Sequence record: MN445185.1
Length of the DNA: 64,000 bases
Direction: 5' to 3' (one strand)
Source of the DNA: Escherichia phage vB_EcoM_EC001
The position numbers and the translations under genes are program-made. The notes under the pieces were generated by a model, which was not told the origin of the DNA, did not search any database, and worked only from the letters and a program-made list of their open reading frames with translations. Each line of letters opens with the position of its first letter. Within the stretch, counting starts at the first letter, position 1. Shown here one piece after another: positions 29,480 to 38,175 of the stretch.

Positions 29480-30070
29480 ATGCTTAGTGAACGTGCGCCC
29501 CGTTTAGAAGCGGCGGTATTGAAAATTGAACGTGTGAATATCAAATTGTTATCGAACGATGTTGGTCGGGCATCGTACAGTGACTTATGGAGTATCCCCG
29601 CACCACCGCGTACGTTGGTGGTGAACTGGTTAACGAATCGTTTGGGCTCATGCGATGTTAAAGCCAAGGATGTCGTACTAACGCTACCTGACGGCAAAAC
29701 AACTACCGGCGATGTGTTGATTGCCAGTGGTTCTAAATTGCGTATGGGCGATATTCGCTTGGGTGAGTCCTATCTTCCGGACGGTATGCGACCTATGCCG
29801 ATTGGCGAGGTAGAAAACCGAATTCTGGAAAAAGAAAGAGTGCTGGCGTTCATACGCCGCCCGCCGGATAGCACGGTGTCGTTTAAGCAACGTAAACCGG
29901 CTGCAGACAACACACCCGTTGTCGAGTGGCTCGAAAAGTATTTTGGCGAATATGGCATCAGTCCTGATGAGGTCATTCTCATCAACGGCCACGCCATGAT
30001 GCCGTTTAAGCCCAGCCCGTATTACACGATGGGACAACTGCGCGCTTCCTTCAAAGGGAAAGCACGCTAA
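29480..30070 (+). CDS. hypothetical protein (196 aa)
   Basis: CTTAAGGAGTATT SD context; followed by terminator. Confidence 0.7.
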   Translation: MLSERAPRLEAAVLKIERVNIKLLSNDVGRASYSDLWSIPAPPRTLVVNWLTNRLGSCDVKAKDVVLTLPDGKTTTGDVLIASGSKLRMGDIRLGESYLPDGMRPMPIGEVENRILEKERVLAFIRRPPDSTVSFKQRKPAADNTPVVEWLEKYFGEYGISPDEVILINGHAMMPFKPSPYYTMGQLRASFKGKAR

Positions 30071-30076
30071 AGTGTG

Positions 30077-30104
30077 GGGGACTTCGGTCCCCTTTCTTTT
30101 TTTG
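30077..30104 (+). terminator. rho-independent terminator
   Basis: GGGGAC-TTCG-GTCCCC hairpin then T-run. Confidence 0.8.
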
Positions 30105-30144
30105 CGTTTTAGGCCAGTGATATGACTACAACGAGGGACAGCTA

Positions 30145-31647
30145 ATGCAACAGTATTTTGAAATTCCATCGTTGGACAAGACCATGCGCAAAGCTGTGGT
30201 CGACGGCGTCGTAGAACGTGTGCTAAACGAATCTGGTATTGAACGTGCCAGTGTTGTTTTCACGGATAGCTTCAACACCGCCCATCAGCCAGGCTCTACG
30301 CTCGGCGATGAGACACCGGTGGACTATTCAGCACCGAACCGTGTCTACGTCGAAGTGGAAGAAGAACGTGATGAACGCGCACGCATTAACCGTCAAGTTG
30401 GGTTAGCGGCAGAGATTCCATTCTTCCATAACCCCGAAGACCAAGTACGCGCCGCTCCTGTCCGCGTAATGTATAACGTGACTATCACGCTACGGCGTGT
30501 CGGCCCATCGCGTGACGAATTGTTACGTTGGGCGAACCGCCTGGATTCACTTATCGACATGGGTCGCTATTCAACCATGACGGAATCCGAAGCGTACTAC
30601 TTGATTCCAAAACCTGCGCTTAAGCTATTGAACGAATGCTATATCGCCGCAGGGACCCGTGTGCCGAAATACGATGACTTTAAAGATTATCTAAAGGCGC
30701 ACTTCACACCCGACGTTTTCACCACAGGTAATGTTGCCGGTGGTCAGAATGTCTTAGCGGTACGCTACGCACCAACCCGTATCGAGACGGTTTACGATGT
30801 TATCTCTCCTACCTGGGATAACGACGAAAACCGTTACGAGACCAGCTTCGTTATACGCTTCTCATATCAGCGACCCGAAGAGGTGGTGATTACCTACCCG
30901 TACATTATCAACCAGACACCGTTGCCTGATGAATGGTGGCCTGAGATAGACCCACCGTTTGTGAGTAATGAAGAGGGTGTGCAACGTCACCAACAGCAAA
31001 AGAACCTCGACGGCACTTGGTGGATTAATGAATCTCGCCAGTTCTTACGCCTACCGTATCTGCTGTCACCGACAGAACAGTTTGAACGTACACACTCGCC
31101 GCTAAAAGCAAAGCTTCTGCATGTGTTCGGCACCGATGTAGCCTTCGGTGAAGAAAACATGATCGACCCTGAGGTTTGTAGTATCGATGATTTACCGTAT
31201 GTCTGGAATGCCGACGTGGTTCCTTATATCGAACACTGTCGCACGATAGACCCGACAGGTCAGACTGGCATTATCCGTATGGAATTGTTCGAGAATGGTC
31301 AAATCATTGAACCACGTTTCTACCATTGGGAAAACGGCGTCTTCTCGCTACGTAACCGTGAAGTTCATGTCGAGAAAGCGTACTACTTAACAGAGTCGGC
31401 AATACACGACTGGCGTAATATGGACTTATGGCCACTGCATCTTTATCCAAAAGCGGCAAAAGTGCTTATTGAGTGGTTATTCCCAGATTGGGATTGCCCG
31501 GATTGGTGGTGGGATAAACCTGTGTTACCACCAAGTGTGATTGATGAAATCACGAAGTTCTATCGCCGTGTCCTGTTGACGCAATTTAATACCACGATTA
31601 TAGCCATCAGAGGAGCCGATAATGCTCAAGGCGAACAAGAGGGGTGA
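30145..31647 (+). CDS. hypothetical protein, first of a five-gene operon (500 aa)
   Basis: GAGGGA SD; long ORF. Confidence 0.75.
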   Translation: MQQYFEIPSLDKTMRKAVVDGVVERVLNESGIERASVVFTDSFNTAHQPGSTLGDETPVDYSAPNRVYVEVEEERDERARINRQVGLAAEIPFFHNPEDQVRAAPVRVMYNVTITLRRVGPSRDELLRWANRLDSLIDMGRYSTMTESEAYYLIPKPALKLLNECYIAAGTRVPKYDDFKDYLKAHFTPDVFTTGNVAGGQNVLAVRYAPTRIETVYDVISPTWDNDENRYETSFVIRFSYQRPEEVVITYPYIINQTPLPDEWWPEIDPPFVSNEEGVQRHQQQKNLDGTWWINESRQFLRLPYLLSPTEQFERTHSPLKAKLLHVFGTDVAFGEENMIDPEVCSIDDLPYVWNADVVPYIEHCRTIDPTGQTGIIRMELFENGQIIEPRFYHWENGVFSLRNREVHVEKAYYLTESAIHDWRNMDLWPLHLYPKAAKVLIEWLFPDWDCPDWWWDKPVLPPSVIDEITKFYRRVLLTQFNTTIIAIRGADNAQGEQEG

Positions 31648-32977
31648 TACTAAATTCGTTCCTGTTGAACCTGAAATTCCGATTATCAATAAACCGCAGG
31701 ACGGGGTGAAAGAAGCCAGCAACTTGGTAACGATTCCAACCCGCACCACGGTAACGGACTTCGACAGGATTCCGAAACAGTATCTCCTGCAATACAACGA
31801 AGGTTCTGAATGGCCGGTTGATTTTTATCACGCGTTGTCGGGTCGCAACGATCCGAAGACGATGTTCGATACTCAGAATGACAGCCCTACGCAACAGCTG
31901 CTTAAGATTGTTAATCTGTCATTACGTGTTAACGCACCGCTCGACCGTACGCAGGACGAACAACGTAAGACTTTCGAACTGACCGGGACGTCGACCCTGG
32001 TAGCATCGATTACACCGAACGAGGGTGACTTCTTTGTTGCGCCGATAGGCGACCATCGCCACGGTCTGTTTAACATCACTGCCGTTACCCGAATGTCGAA
32101 CAACAAAATTGCAACGTACCAGATACGTTACACGATGTTGTACGAGATTACACCGCAGATTGCAGAGACGATTCGTCTGTGCACTGTGAGAACGCTCCAT
32201 TACGTCCGTGAGCGCGCGTGGACCGGTGGTGATACCTTACTGACCCCCAACGAGTATCGTACGTTCCTGGAGCTGGGAGACCGCATTAAGGACATTGAGA
32301 CGACGTTTGTTCGCCGTTTCTACGATACCAGTTTAGAAACCCTCGCCTATCCACGTGACTGGAAACTCGACGGGTTAAAGGCGGGGGGTTATTACGACGT
32401 TTTCTTGGCGATGTTTGTGAAGGCTATTGGTCTTCGAACCGTTGGTAAAGATATCCGTATTTACCCGCACCCGCCGAAACCCGTGCAAGATATCGAAACG
32501 CTGTTCACGGTGTTGTTAAATCAACAGCCAGAACTGCTACCTTACGTCGAGAAAGAATGCAGCGCAGTTAACCCGCGCACGTTCAGAACGATGCAGACCC
32601 GCAACACTATTGCATGGTCACAGTTCAGTTCGACGCGTTACTTTACATCACAGATTCGTCAGTTGGCAACGTACGATGGGGAGTGGCCAGAGTTCGAAGC
32701 ATTCGAACCGGTTATGTTCCCTGAGTATCATGGCAACGCAGGCGAGGATATGGTGGCTTTTCTGCCGTTGACGTATAAACCCTACCTGTTAAGCGAAACG
32801 TTCTATAGCGGCTCGTACAGCTCGGTTCTGGAGCATTGTTTGTACCTGTATCTGAACAAACAACCAGTACCTAGTGAAGTGGCTGCGCGTTTAGCAGAAT
32901 TGGTGCTGGCTTTACCGAAGGACAGTCAGTTCTATTACGTCCCGATGGTCTACGTGATTTTGAAATACGCGAGGTAG
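31622..32977 (+). CDS. hypothetical protein (451 aa)
   Basis: AGGAG SD; overlaps upstream gene end. Confidence 0.75.
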   Translation: MLKANKRGDTKFVPVEPEIPIINKPQDGVKEASNLVTIPTRTTVTDFDRIPKQYLLQYNEGSEWPVDFYHALSGRNDPKTMFDTQNDSPTQQLLKIVNLSLRVNAPLDRTQDEQRKTFELTGTSTLVASITPNEGDFFVAPIGDHRHGLFNITAVTRMSNNKIATYQIRYTMLYEITPQIAETIRLCTVRTLHYVRERAWTGGDTLLTPNEYRTFLELGDRIKDIETTFVRRFYDTSLETLAYPRDWKLDGLKAGGYYDVFLAMFVKAIGLRTVGKDIRIYPHPPKPVQDIETLFTVLLNQQPELLPYVEKECSAVNPRTFRTMQTRNTIAWSQFSSTRYFTSQIRQLATYDGEWPEFEAFEPVMFPEYHGNAGEDMVAFLPLTYKPYLLSETFYSGSYSSVLEHCLYLYLNKQPVPSEVAARLAELVLALPKDSQFYYVPMVYVILKYAR

Positions 32978-32979
32978 TA

Positions 32980-33519
32980 ATGTCGGAGAAGAAGCGCAGT
33001 GCAGCATTTATGCTGTTTAAAGCGTGGGTGTTCTTCCGGGTACCGGAATACGCAACCATCACAACCTACGCCAGTCAGGAACACGGATTGTTCTTGCCAG
33101 AAGACCCGAAGAAACGACAAGCGTTGTTACTGAACATGAAGCCTATCTATCTGCACCCCTCAGAAGCTGCCGAGTATTTAGCGACCGGTGGTGCGTTAGA
33201 TGTACACGACCCGCATGACGGGATTAAAGTGTACGGGTGGATTATGGAACACCTTGCGGACTGGCTGAACTATCTGGAGAACCCGACGCTGATTTACCGG
33301 GAAGTCCCTATCGAAGGGTTGCGTCAGTTCAATGTGCTGGCTTCGAAACTGTTTCCTGTGGCTAACCGCTACGGGTATTTCAAGAAACCCACTGCAACGA
33401 TGGCGGACTGTGTTCAGTCGTTATTTGGGCAGGTCCGCCTGGAGTCTAAACTCCACCGTTTTAATGATACGATTATGAAACGTATTGAGTACGCTTATAG
33501 AGCCCGAGGAGGTCGCTAA
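32980..33519 (+). CDS. hypothetical protein (179 aa)
   Basis: GAGG SD; starts 3 nt after upstream stop. Confidence 0.7.
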   Translation: MSEKKRSAAFMLFKAWVFFRVPEYATITTYASQEHGLFLPEDPKKRQALLLNMKPIYLHPSEAAEYLATGGALDVHDPHDGIKVYGWIMEHLADWLNYLENPTLIYREVPIEGLRQFNVLASKLFPVANRYGYFKKPTATMADCVQSLFGQVRLESKLHRFNDTIMKRIEYAYRARGGR

Positions 33520-34832
33520 TGTCGTTTGGTCGGTTACAACAGATGGCGAACGGTCACATCGCTAATGCTCGGGGGTTACCGGCTATCGACTACGGGATAT
33601 TCCTCACGGTACACGGTGCCCCAGTGACGGTGTTGAAGATGCTGTCTATCATTCACACCGGTCACTTTACGCGTGATATCTGTTTATTGACACATCTCAC
33701 CTTGGCTATACCCTACAGCCACATGCGAATGATCACGTCGTCCGCAGAAGGGGATTTGAAGGTAAAGCTGTTATTGCGTCGTGGACAGAAAATCGCGGGG
33801 GTCTTTAACTACCGCGGCATCGTGATAAATAACCGCGACCACAACGCGGAAACACCGACGATGTTCTTGAGTCAGTCTGATGAGAAATCTATCGCTTTGG
33901 TAACATTGGAGCTGATGGATGAGTCGATGTGGTTCCTGCGTAATCGTCAAGTGGGCGGCATCTACCACGAAACAGATGGGTTAACAGTGGCACGCTCGAT
34001 ACTGGCGGATACGTTGCCGGAAGGGGTGGCTGCAGAGGGGCAGTTGAAAGGGATTGAATACGATGAAGAAGAACAGCAGGCATATCGGGACATCGTTATA
34101 CCAGACTCCGAAGACTTCTTAAGCGTGTTTGATTATCTGCAGAACCATTACGGTGTTTACAGCAAAGGTATTGGGGTCTTCCAATACCTACAACGTTGGT
34201 ATCTGTATCGACCTTGGGACTCGTTGAAGTTTAATAACACAACGAAGCCTAAACTGGTCATTTATAACTTGCCTCGTGAACAGGCTGCTCACATTGACCG
34301 CACCACCGATATCGCGGGTAATGTTATCTATCTGATTTGTGGCGGCGACACCAGTAGTTTGGAATACCGTGACCAGACCGCGCTTAACCAGGGTACGGGT
34401 TACCGGGTAGGGTCTGTACGTGTGTTGGATGGGCGTAGTAGTTCATTTACGCCTGGCGACATCAGTATGACCACACCTGATAAATTTGTGGCACAGGCCG
34501 ACCCTGCTGCGTATCCAGGTGGTGTGGTTAACGCACCAATCGATCCTGATAAGCACTTTAGCGATACCGATAAGCCGCAGCGGTCTAAACTGGAGATGGG
34601 TCTGGGTACGATTGTGCAAACAACCTGGAACCGTTCAACGCACGGCATCCTATATCCTGGTATGCCAGTAAAATACGTTTTTGCCAACGAGTATGGGGTC
34701 TATACCCGCTACGGCACGTTGGTGGGGGAGGTGTTCCAGTCTGCTATCGACGGTCAAACGATGGCGTCCGGGCGCTATAACACCCAATCTCAACTGAGCC
34801 TTTGGCTCAAAGATGAAAAATTTACAGCTTAG
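33519..34832 (+). CDS. hypothetical protein (437 aa)
   Basis: GGAGG SD; TAATG overlap with upstream gene. Confidence 0.75.
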   Translation: MSFGRLQQMANGHIANARGLPAIDYGIFLTVHGAPVTVLKMLSIIHTGHFTRDICLLTHLTLAIPYSHMRMITSSAEGDLKVKLLLRRGQKIAGVFNYRGIVINNRDHNAETPTMFLSQSDEKSIALVTLELMDESMWFLRNRQVGGIYHETDGLTVARSILADTLPEGVAAEGQLKGIEYDEEEQQAYRDIVIPDSEDFLSVFDYLQNHYGVYSKGIGVFQYLQRWYLYRPWDSLKFNNTTKPKLVIYNLPREQAAHIDRTTDIAGNVIYLICGGDTSSLEYRDQTALNQGTGYRVGSVRVLDGRSSSFTPGDISMTTPDKFVAQADPAAYPGGVVNAPIDPDKHFSDTDKPQRSKLEMGLGTIVQTTWNRSTHGILYPGMPVKYVFANEYGVYTRYGTLVGEVFQSAIDGQTMASGRYNTQSQLSLWLKDEKFTA

Positions 34833-34875
34833 TCATCTAGTATGACCCGTAAGTAACCTTAAGGAAAATATTGCA

Positions 34876-35673
34876 ATGAAAGCGATTCACACCTTTCGCA
34901 TGACCGGCCAAACTGTTCTCGACATTGATGCGTATGAAGCCGCTAACTTCACCAAACCGACCAAGCTCTGGGATCGCTTGGTTAAGGTACTGCCGCAAAG
35001 CGGTGAGGTGCAGTTGGATTTTGTCATGGCATCGACGTTGGATAAAACAGTGGCAGTTATTTATACTGCTGACGGTGTGCAGAGTAAGAAGGACCTGGCA
35101 ATCGAAGATAAAGGCGGGCTGGGTTATCACTTGTTCCTGCACTGCGTAACCACTGCACCGATTTCAGCTGCGCTGGCGGGACAGTACGGTTTCGCGAATG
35201 CGTATTTCCTGGCACAGAAACTCGCCGTGAATGTTATTCCGGGTGACGTGACCACTTACCCTGAATACGTACAGCGTATCCTGCCAGAGCACTTCGCTGC
35301 AGACGACTACGATTTCAACGTGTTCCGTTTCGCATTGATCGGCGAATCGCGCGATCCAGAATACACCGTTGGCTTGCGTGCCTGTCTGCGTCACTCCGTT
35401 ATCTCTTCGGATGAAGGGATGTCGAATAACGTGAACGAAGTGTTCCCGATGATGCAAGTCGGTCCGTATATCACTTTCAACTCGTACATTCCGTTCCCGG
35501 CACAGATTCTGCCGCCGCAGAACGATAACAGTGTACTGCCAATCGCCGACAAGTATTCACTGCGTGCGAGCGAAGCAGTTGAAGTGATTAACGATCGTCG
35601 CTTTACATTGTCAGTGACCAGCGGCATCAGTGAACCGGAAGTTGCGGTCTCTCAGAGCCTGGATTTGATGTAA
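34876..35673 (+). CDS. hypothetical protein, possibly structural (265 aa)
   Basis: CTTAAGGA SD; moderately biased codon usage; followed by terminator. Confidence 0.75.
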   Translation: MKAIHTFRMTGQTVLDIDAYEAANFTKPTKLWDRLVKVLPQSGEVQLDFVMASTLDKTVAVIYTADGVQSKKDLAIEDKGGLGYHLFLHCVTTAPISAALAGQYGFANAYFLAQKLAVNVIPGDVTTYPEYVQRILPEHFAADDYDFNVFRFALIGESRDPEYTVGLRACLRHSVISSDEGMSNNVNEVFPMMQVGPYITFNSYIPFPAQILPPQNDNSVLPIADKYSLRASEAVEVINDRRFTLSVTSGISEPEVAVSQSLDLM

Positions 35674-35680
35674 AAGTGTG

Positions 35681-35715
35681 CCTGGTCTCCTTGTGAGACC
35701 AGGTCTCTTTATTTT
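35681..35715 (+). terminator. rho-independent terminator
   Basis: CCTGGTCTC/GAGACCAGG hairpin then T-rich run. Confidence 0.75.
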
Positions 35716-35717
35716 AG

Positions 35718-35828
35718 CCCTCTAAACGCACTCACAACCTTCTAAAGCCTCTCTAACGGTAGAACGACCCTCTAAAGTGATAAAAGCTCTCAAAACGCGT
35801 TTGAGAGCGTTATAGAGGGTATACTCTG
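35718..35828 (+). repeat. array of CCCTCTAAA(G)-like direct repeats plus near-palindrome CTCTCAAAACGCGTTTGAGAG
   Basis: Copies at 35718, 35738, 35748, 35768; palindrome 35787..35807; inverted TATAGAGGGTATA at 35811. Confidence 0.6.
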
Positions 35829-35838
35829 AATAAAAATA

Positions 35839-35864
35839 ATTTCAGATATATATTACCTAGGTGA
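35839..35864 (+). promoter_or_regulatory. phage promoter-like motif, class I (ATTTCAGATATATATTACCTAGGTGA)
   Basis: Identical to 26721..26746; 52 nt upstream of ATG 35916. Confidence 0.6.
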
Positions 35865-35915
35865 TAGAAGACAATCTATCAACTCAATCGACTATTAATC
35901 TAAAGGAGTATTGCC

Positions 35916-36059
35916 ATGTTAACTCGTAACCATAAACGTGCCATCTTCGCCATCGTTGCTGTTGTTGCTTTCGCGGTATTGTCTATCACTGTAACTCAAG
36001 ATTACAACAAATGCATCGATAACGGTAACTCTGTTGCCATGTGTACAGGTCGCGGCTAA
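35916..36059 (+). CDS. small membrane protein (47 aa, one TM helix)
   Basis: TAAAGGAGT SD 6 nt upstream; hydrophobic core AIFAIVAVVAFAVLSITV; below the ORF-track size cutoff. Confidence 0.5.
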   Translation: MLTRNHKRAIFAIVAVVAFAVLSITVTQDYNKCIDNGNSVAMCTGRG

Positions 36060-36241
36060 TGGACTTTTCTGATACGCAGTTTGCCGAGTTCTTATCTCAC
36101 CCGCGTGTTAAACGTGAGTGGGATAATCTCACTAACGGTGTTCGTCATCAGGACGAAGAAGAAATTGTTCACGTTACCGCGCAAGTCTTACTCGTCTCAC
36201 CGACAGGTAATGTGTTTCCAATGCAGCAGGAGATTTACTAA
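36059..36241 (+). CDS. small hypothetical protein (60 aa)
   Basis: ATG overlaps upstream stop (TAATG); the track start 36041 is a GTG inside the upstream ORF. Confidence 0.5.
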   Translation: MDFSDTQFAEFLSHPRVKREWDNLTNGVRHQDEEEIVHVTAQVLLVSPTGNVFPMQQEIY

Positions 36242-36429
36242 TGGGCGTTTTAGTTAATTACGATGGTAAAAACGGAATCGTGCTTCGCGAAGTGGAAGAT
36301 AACGAAACAGTAGAGGTGAATCCGCAAACCTCAGAACGTACGTTTATCGTGGGGCCGAAAAGCGCATTACCGAAGCCGGACTGGAAAGAAGAGCTGGCGA
36401 AGTTCCGTGGGGAACTCGGGAAGAAGTAG
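36241..36429 (+). CDS. small hypothetical protein (62 aa)
   Basis: TAATG coupling; followed by terminator. Confidence 0.5.
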   Translation: MGVLVNYDGKNGIVLREVEDNETVEVNPQTSERTFIVGPKSALPKPDWKEELAKFRGELGKK

Positions 36430-36442
36430 TATAGATAATTTA

Positions 36443-36470
36443 ATACCACCTACGGGTGGTATTATTTTTT
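36443..36470 (+). terminator. rho-independent terminator
   Basis: ATACCACC-TACG-GGTGGTAT hairpin then T6. Confidence 0.75.
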
Positions 36471-36481
36471 GCCTAAGGAAC

Positions 36482-36904
36482 ATGAAAATGATTAATGAGA
36501 AGCTCCAAAAGTATTTAAAGAACGACACTGACTGGATGGTTCTTGACCAGTACGGACGATTTGTTCCGCTATCCAAGGATTCCCCTATACCCCGTGACAA
36601 GGCGATTTATATTCCTGACGGTAAGGGTGGCTATCGTTTCTGGGAAGGCCAGGAAGTAAAAGAGGAAATGTTCTACATGGAGCCGAAGTTCCGTGCAGCG
36701 TTCCCATCGAAAAATATTAACGGATATGTTTACAACGCAATTCCGCCAATCACGCATCCTAACTTTGAGGTTGTGAACTACCCCGCAACTGTTCTGGATT
36801 GGCAACGTGCCATTAGTGAACACTACACGATTCCGCTTGAAGGTGTTTACTTCCCATTCCGTGATATTAGTTTAGATGACTTTATTAACTCTCTTAAGGA
36901 CTAA
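36482..36904 (+). CDS. hypothetical protein (140 aa)
   Basis: CTAAGGAA SD then ATG 36482; the track start 36407 is a GTG inside the upstream gene and terminator. Confidence 0.65.
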   Translation: MKMINEKLQKYLKNDTDWMVLDQYGRFVPLSKDSPIPRDKAIYIPDGKGGYRFWEGQEVKEEMFYMEPKFRAAFPSKNINGYVYNAIPPITHPNFEVVNYPATVLDWQRAISEHYTIPLEGVYFPFRDISLDDFINSLKD

Positions 36905-36908
36905 AAAA

Positions 36909-37769
36909 ATGTACAGCATTACTGATTTTATCAAAAGTTCAGATTTCCCCCTACCTCCAGACCACGAAGTATTGGCTAGCGATCCGTTAACCGATGCGGC
37001 CATTGTCCAGCTGGACCGTGACAAACGTCGTACTTACGTCGTGTTGGTCGAAGGAAAGAGCTACGGCCTGTCTTCTTACGACCTGGAGCAGCAAGAGCGC
37101 TTCCTCGATGAAAACCGCAAAACGTCAATGTATAGCGCTATCTCGCGCGCGTTGTGCAAGGTAATGGCGACGATCACGGACAGCAAAAAGCGCGTCGCCG
37201 TGCTACAGGGTATCAATGCGCTAACGACCAAAATCCAACAACTTGAAGGTTTCCATTGCCCACGATTGGAAGCCGCACAGAAGGATGCTAAGGGTGATGA
37301 GGCCATGGTGCTGTTTGGAGGCAATACTGTCTTTGCAACAGCTGAAGCTTGTTATCTCACCTATCCAACCTTTAACTATACGCCAATCAGCGACACCGTA
37401 GACGGGATTAAAGTAGAGAACGTCGTGCAATGGGGTCGCGCAAATCTCAAGTTTGTGATGTCCCATGAAGAAGAAAATCAAGACGGCCTTGGCCAGAAGA
37501 TTCAACGTTGGTTCACGGCACGTTTGGACGCCGACTGGGAAGCGCATGTTAACGCACAGCTTCGTAAATTTCACGCGGTGGTCGCATTGTTAAAAGAAAA
37601 TACTCCTGCCCCGAAACAATCGAAGGCACCGGTGGTTGGCTGGACGTGTTCCGGCTGTAACCGCAACCATGTCGCCACAGTACCGAGAACCCATCGCTAC
37701 ACTTCGCAGACGATGAACATTGCTTGTCCGGCTTGCGGCAAGATCAACGAAGTTGATTATAAACCGTAG
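36909..37769 (+). CDS. hypothetical protein with C-terminal zinc-ribbon-like CxxC...CxxC (286 aa)
   Basis: AAGGA SD; motifs CSGCN and CPACGK near the C-terminus. Confidence 0.7.
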   Translation: MYSITDFIKSSDFPLPPDHEVLASDPLTDAAIVQLDRDKRRTYVVLVEGKSYGLSSYDLEQQERFLDENRKTSMYSAISRALCKVMATITDSKKRVAVLQGINALTTKIQQLEGFHCPRLEAAQKDAKGDEAMVLFGGNTVFATAEACYLTYPTFNYTPISDTVDGIKVENVVQWGRANLKFVMSHEEENQDGLGQKIQRWFTARLDADWEAHVNAQLRKFHAVVALLKENTPAPKQSKAPVVGWTCSGCNRNHVATVPRTHRYTSQTMNIACPACGKINEVDYKP

Positions 37770-37776
37770 TAGTACC

Positions 37777-37815
37777 CCCTCTTACCTTCGGGTAAGAGGG
37801 TTTTATATTTATTTT
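37777..37815 (+). terminator. rho-independent terminator
   Basis: CCCTCTTACC-TTCG-GGTAAGAGGG hairpin then T-rich run. Confidence 0.8.
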
Positions 37816-37857
37816 CCGAAAAGAAAATAAAAGGCGCTCTCTCCCGAAGGAGAGAGC
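37816..37857 (-). terminator. probable minus-strand rho-independent terminator
   Basis: GCTCTCTCC/GGAGAGAGC hairpin whose loop reads UUCG and whose U-run follows only on the minus strand. Confidence 0.55.
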
Positions 37858-37883
37858 TTATTCACATCCACTTAGAGGTTAAC

Positions 37884-38030
37884 ATGAATACCTTTATGCA
37901 ACAACTGCGTCAGCAACAGCTGAAACAAGTCGCTTTTCAACAACGTCTGCAAGAGGTTACCCGCCAACCGCAGACTTCCACCCGTACCATTAAAGGACTA
38001 GGAGGTGAGATAATACTCAACAAGAGATAA
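37884..38030 (+). CDS. possible small Gln-rich protein (48 aa)
   Basis: AGAGG SD 5 nt upstream; lies between convergent terminators, so possibly non-coding. Confidence 0.3.
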   Translation: MNTFMQQLRQQQLKQVAFQQRLQEVTRQPQTSTRTIKGLGGEIILNKR

Positions 38031-38175
38031 CATGAATATTTGCATGGACTAACTGTACCCGAGTGTTCACAGCACTCGGGTTATTCCATGCATATAAATA
38101 GTTCGTCGTATTTTTTTTTGATCTTGGCAGGACGCATAAACTGCCCGTAGGGGAGCTTAGGCTCCCCAGTGTTCG

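Noticed and set aside
37816-38175. tRNA or other structured RNA gene in the largest non-coding gaps
   Set aside because: No cloverleaf-compatible pattern on either strand; the hairpins are explained as terminators. A covariance-model scan would be needed to be sure.
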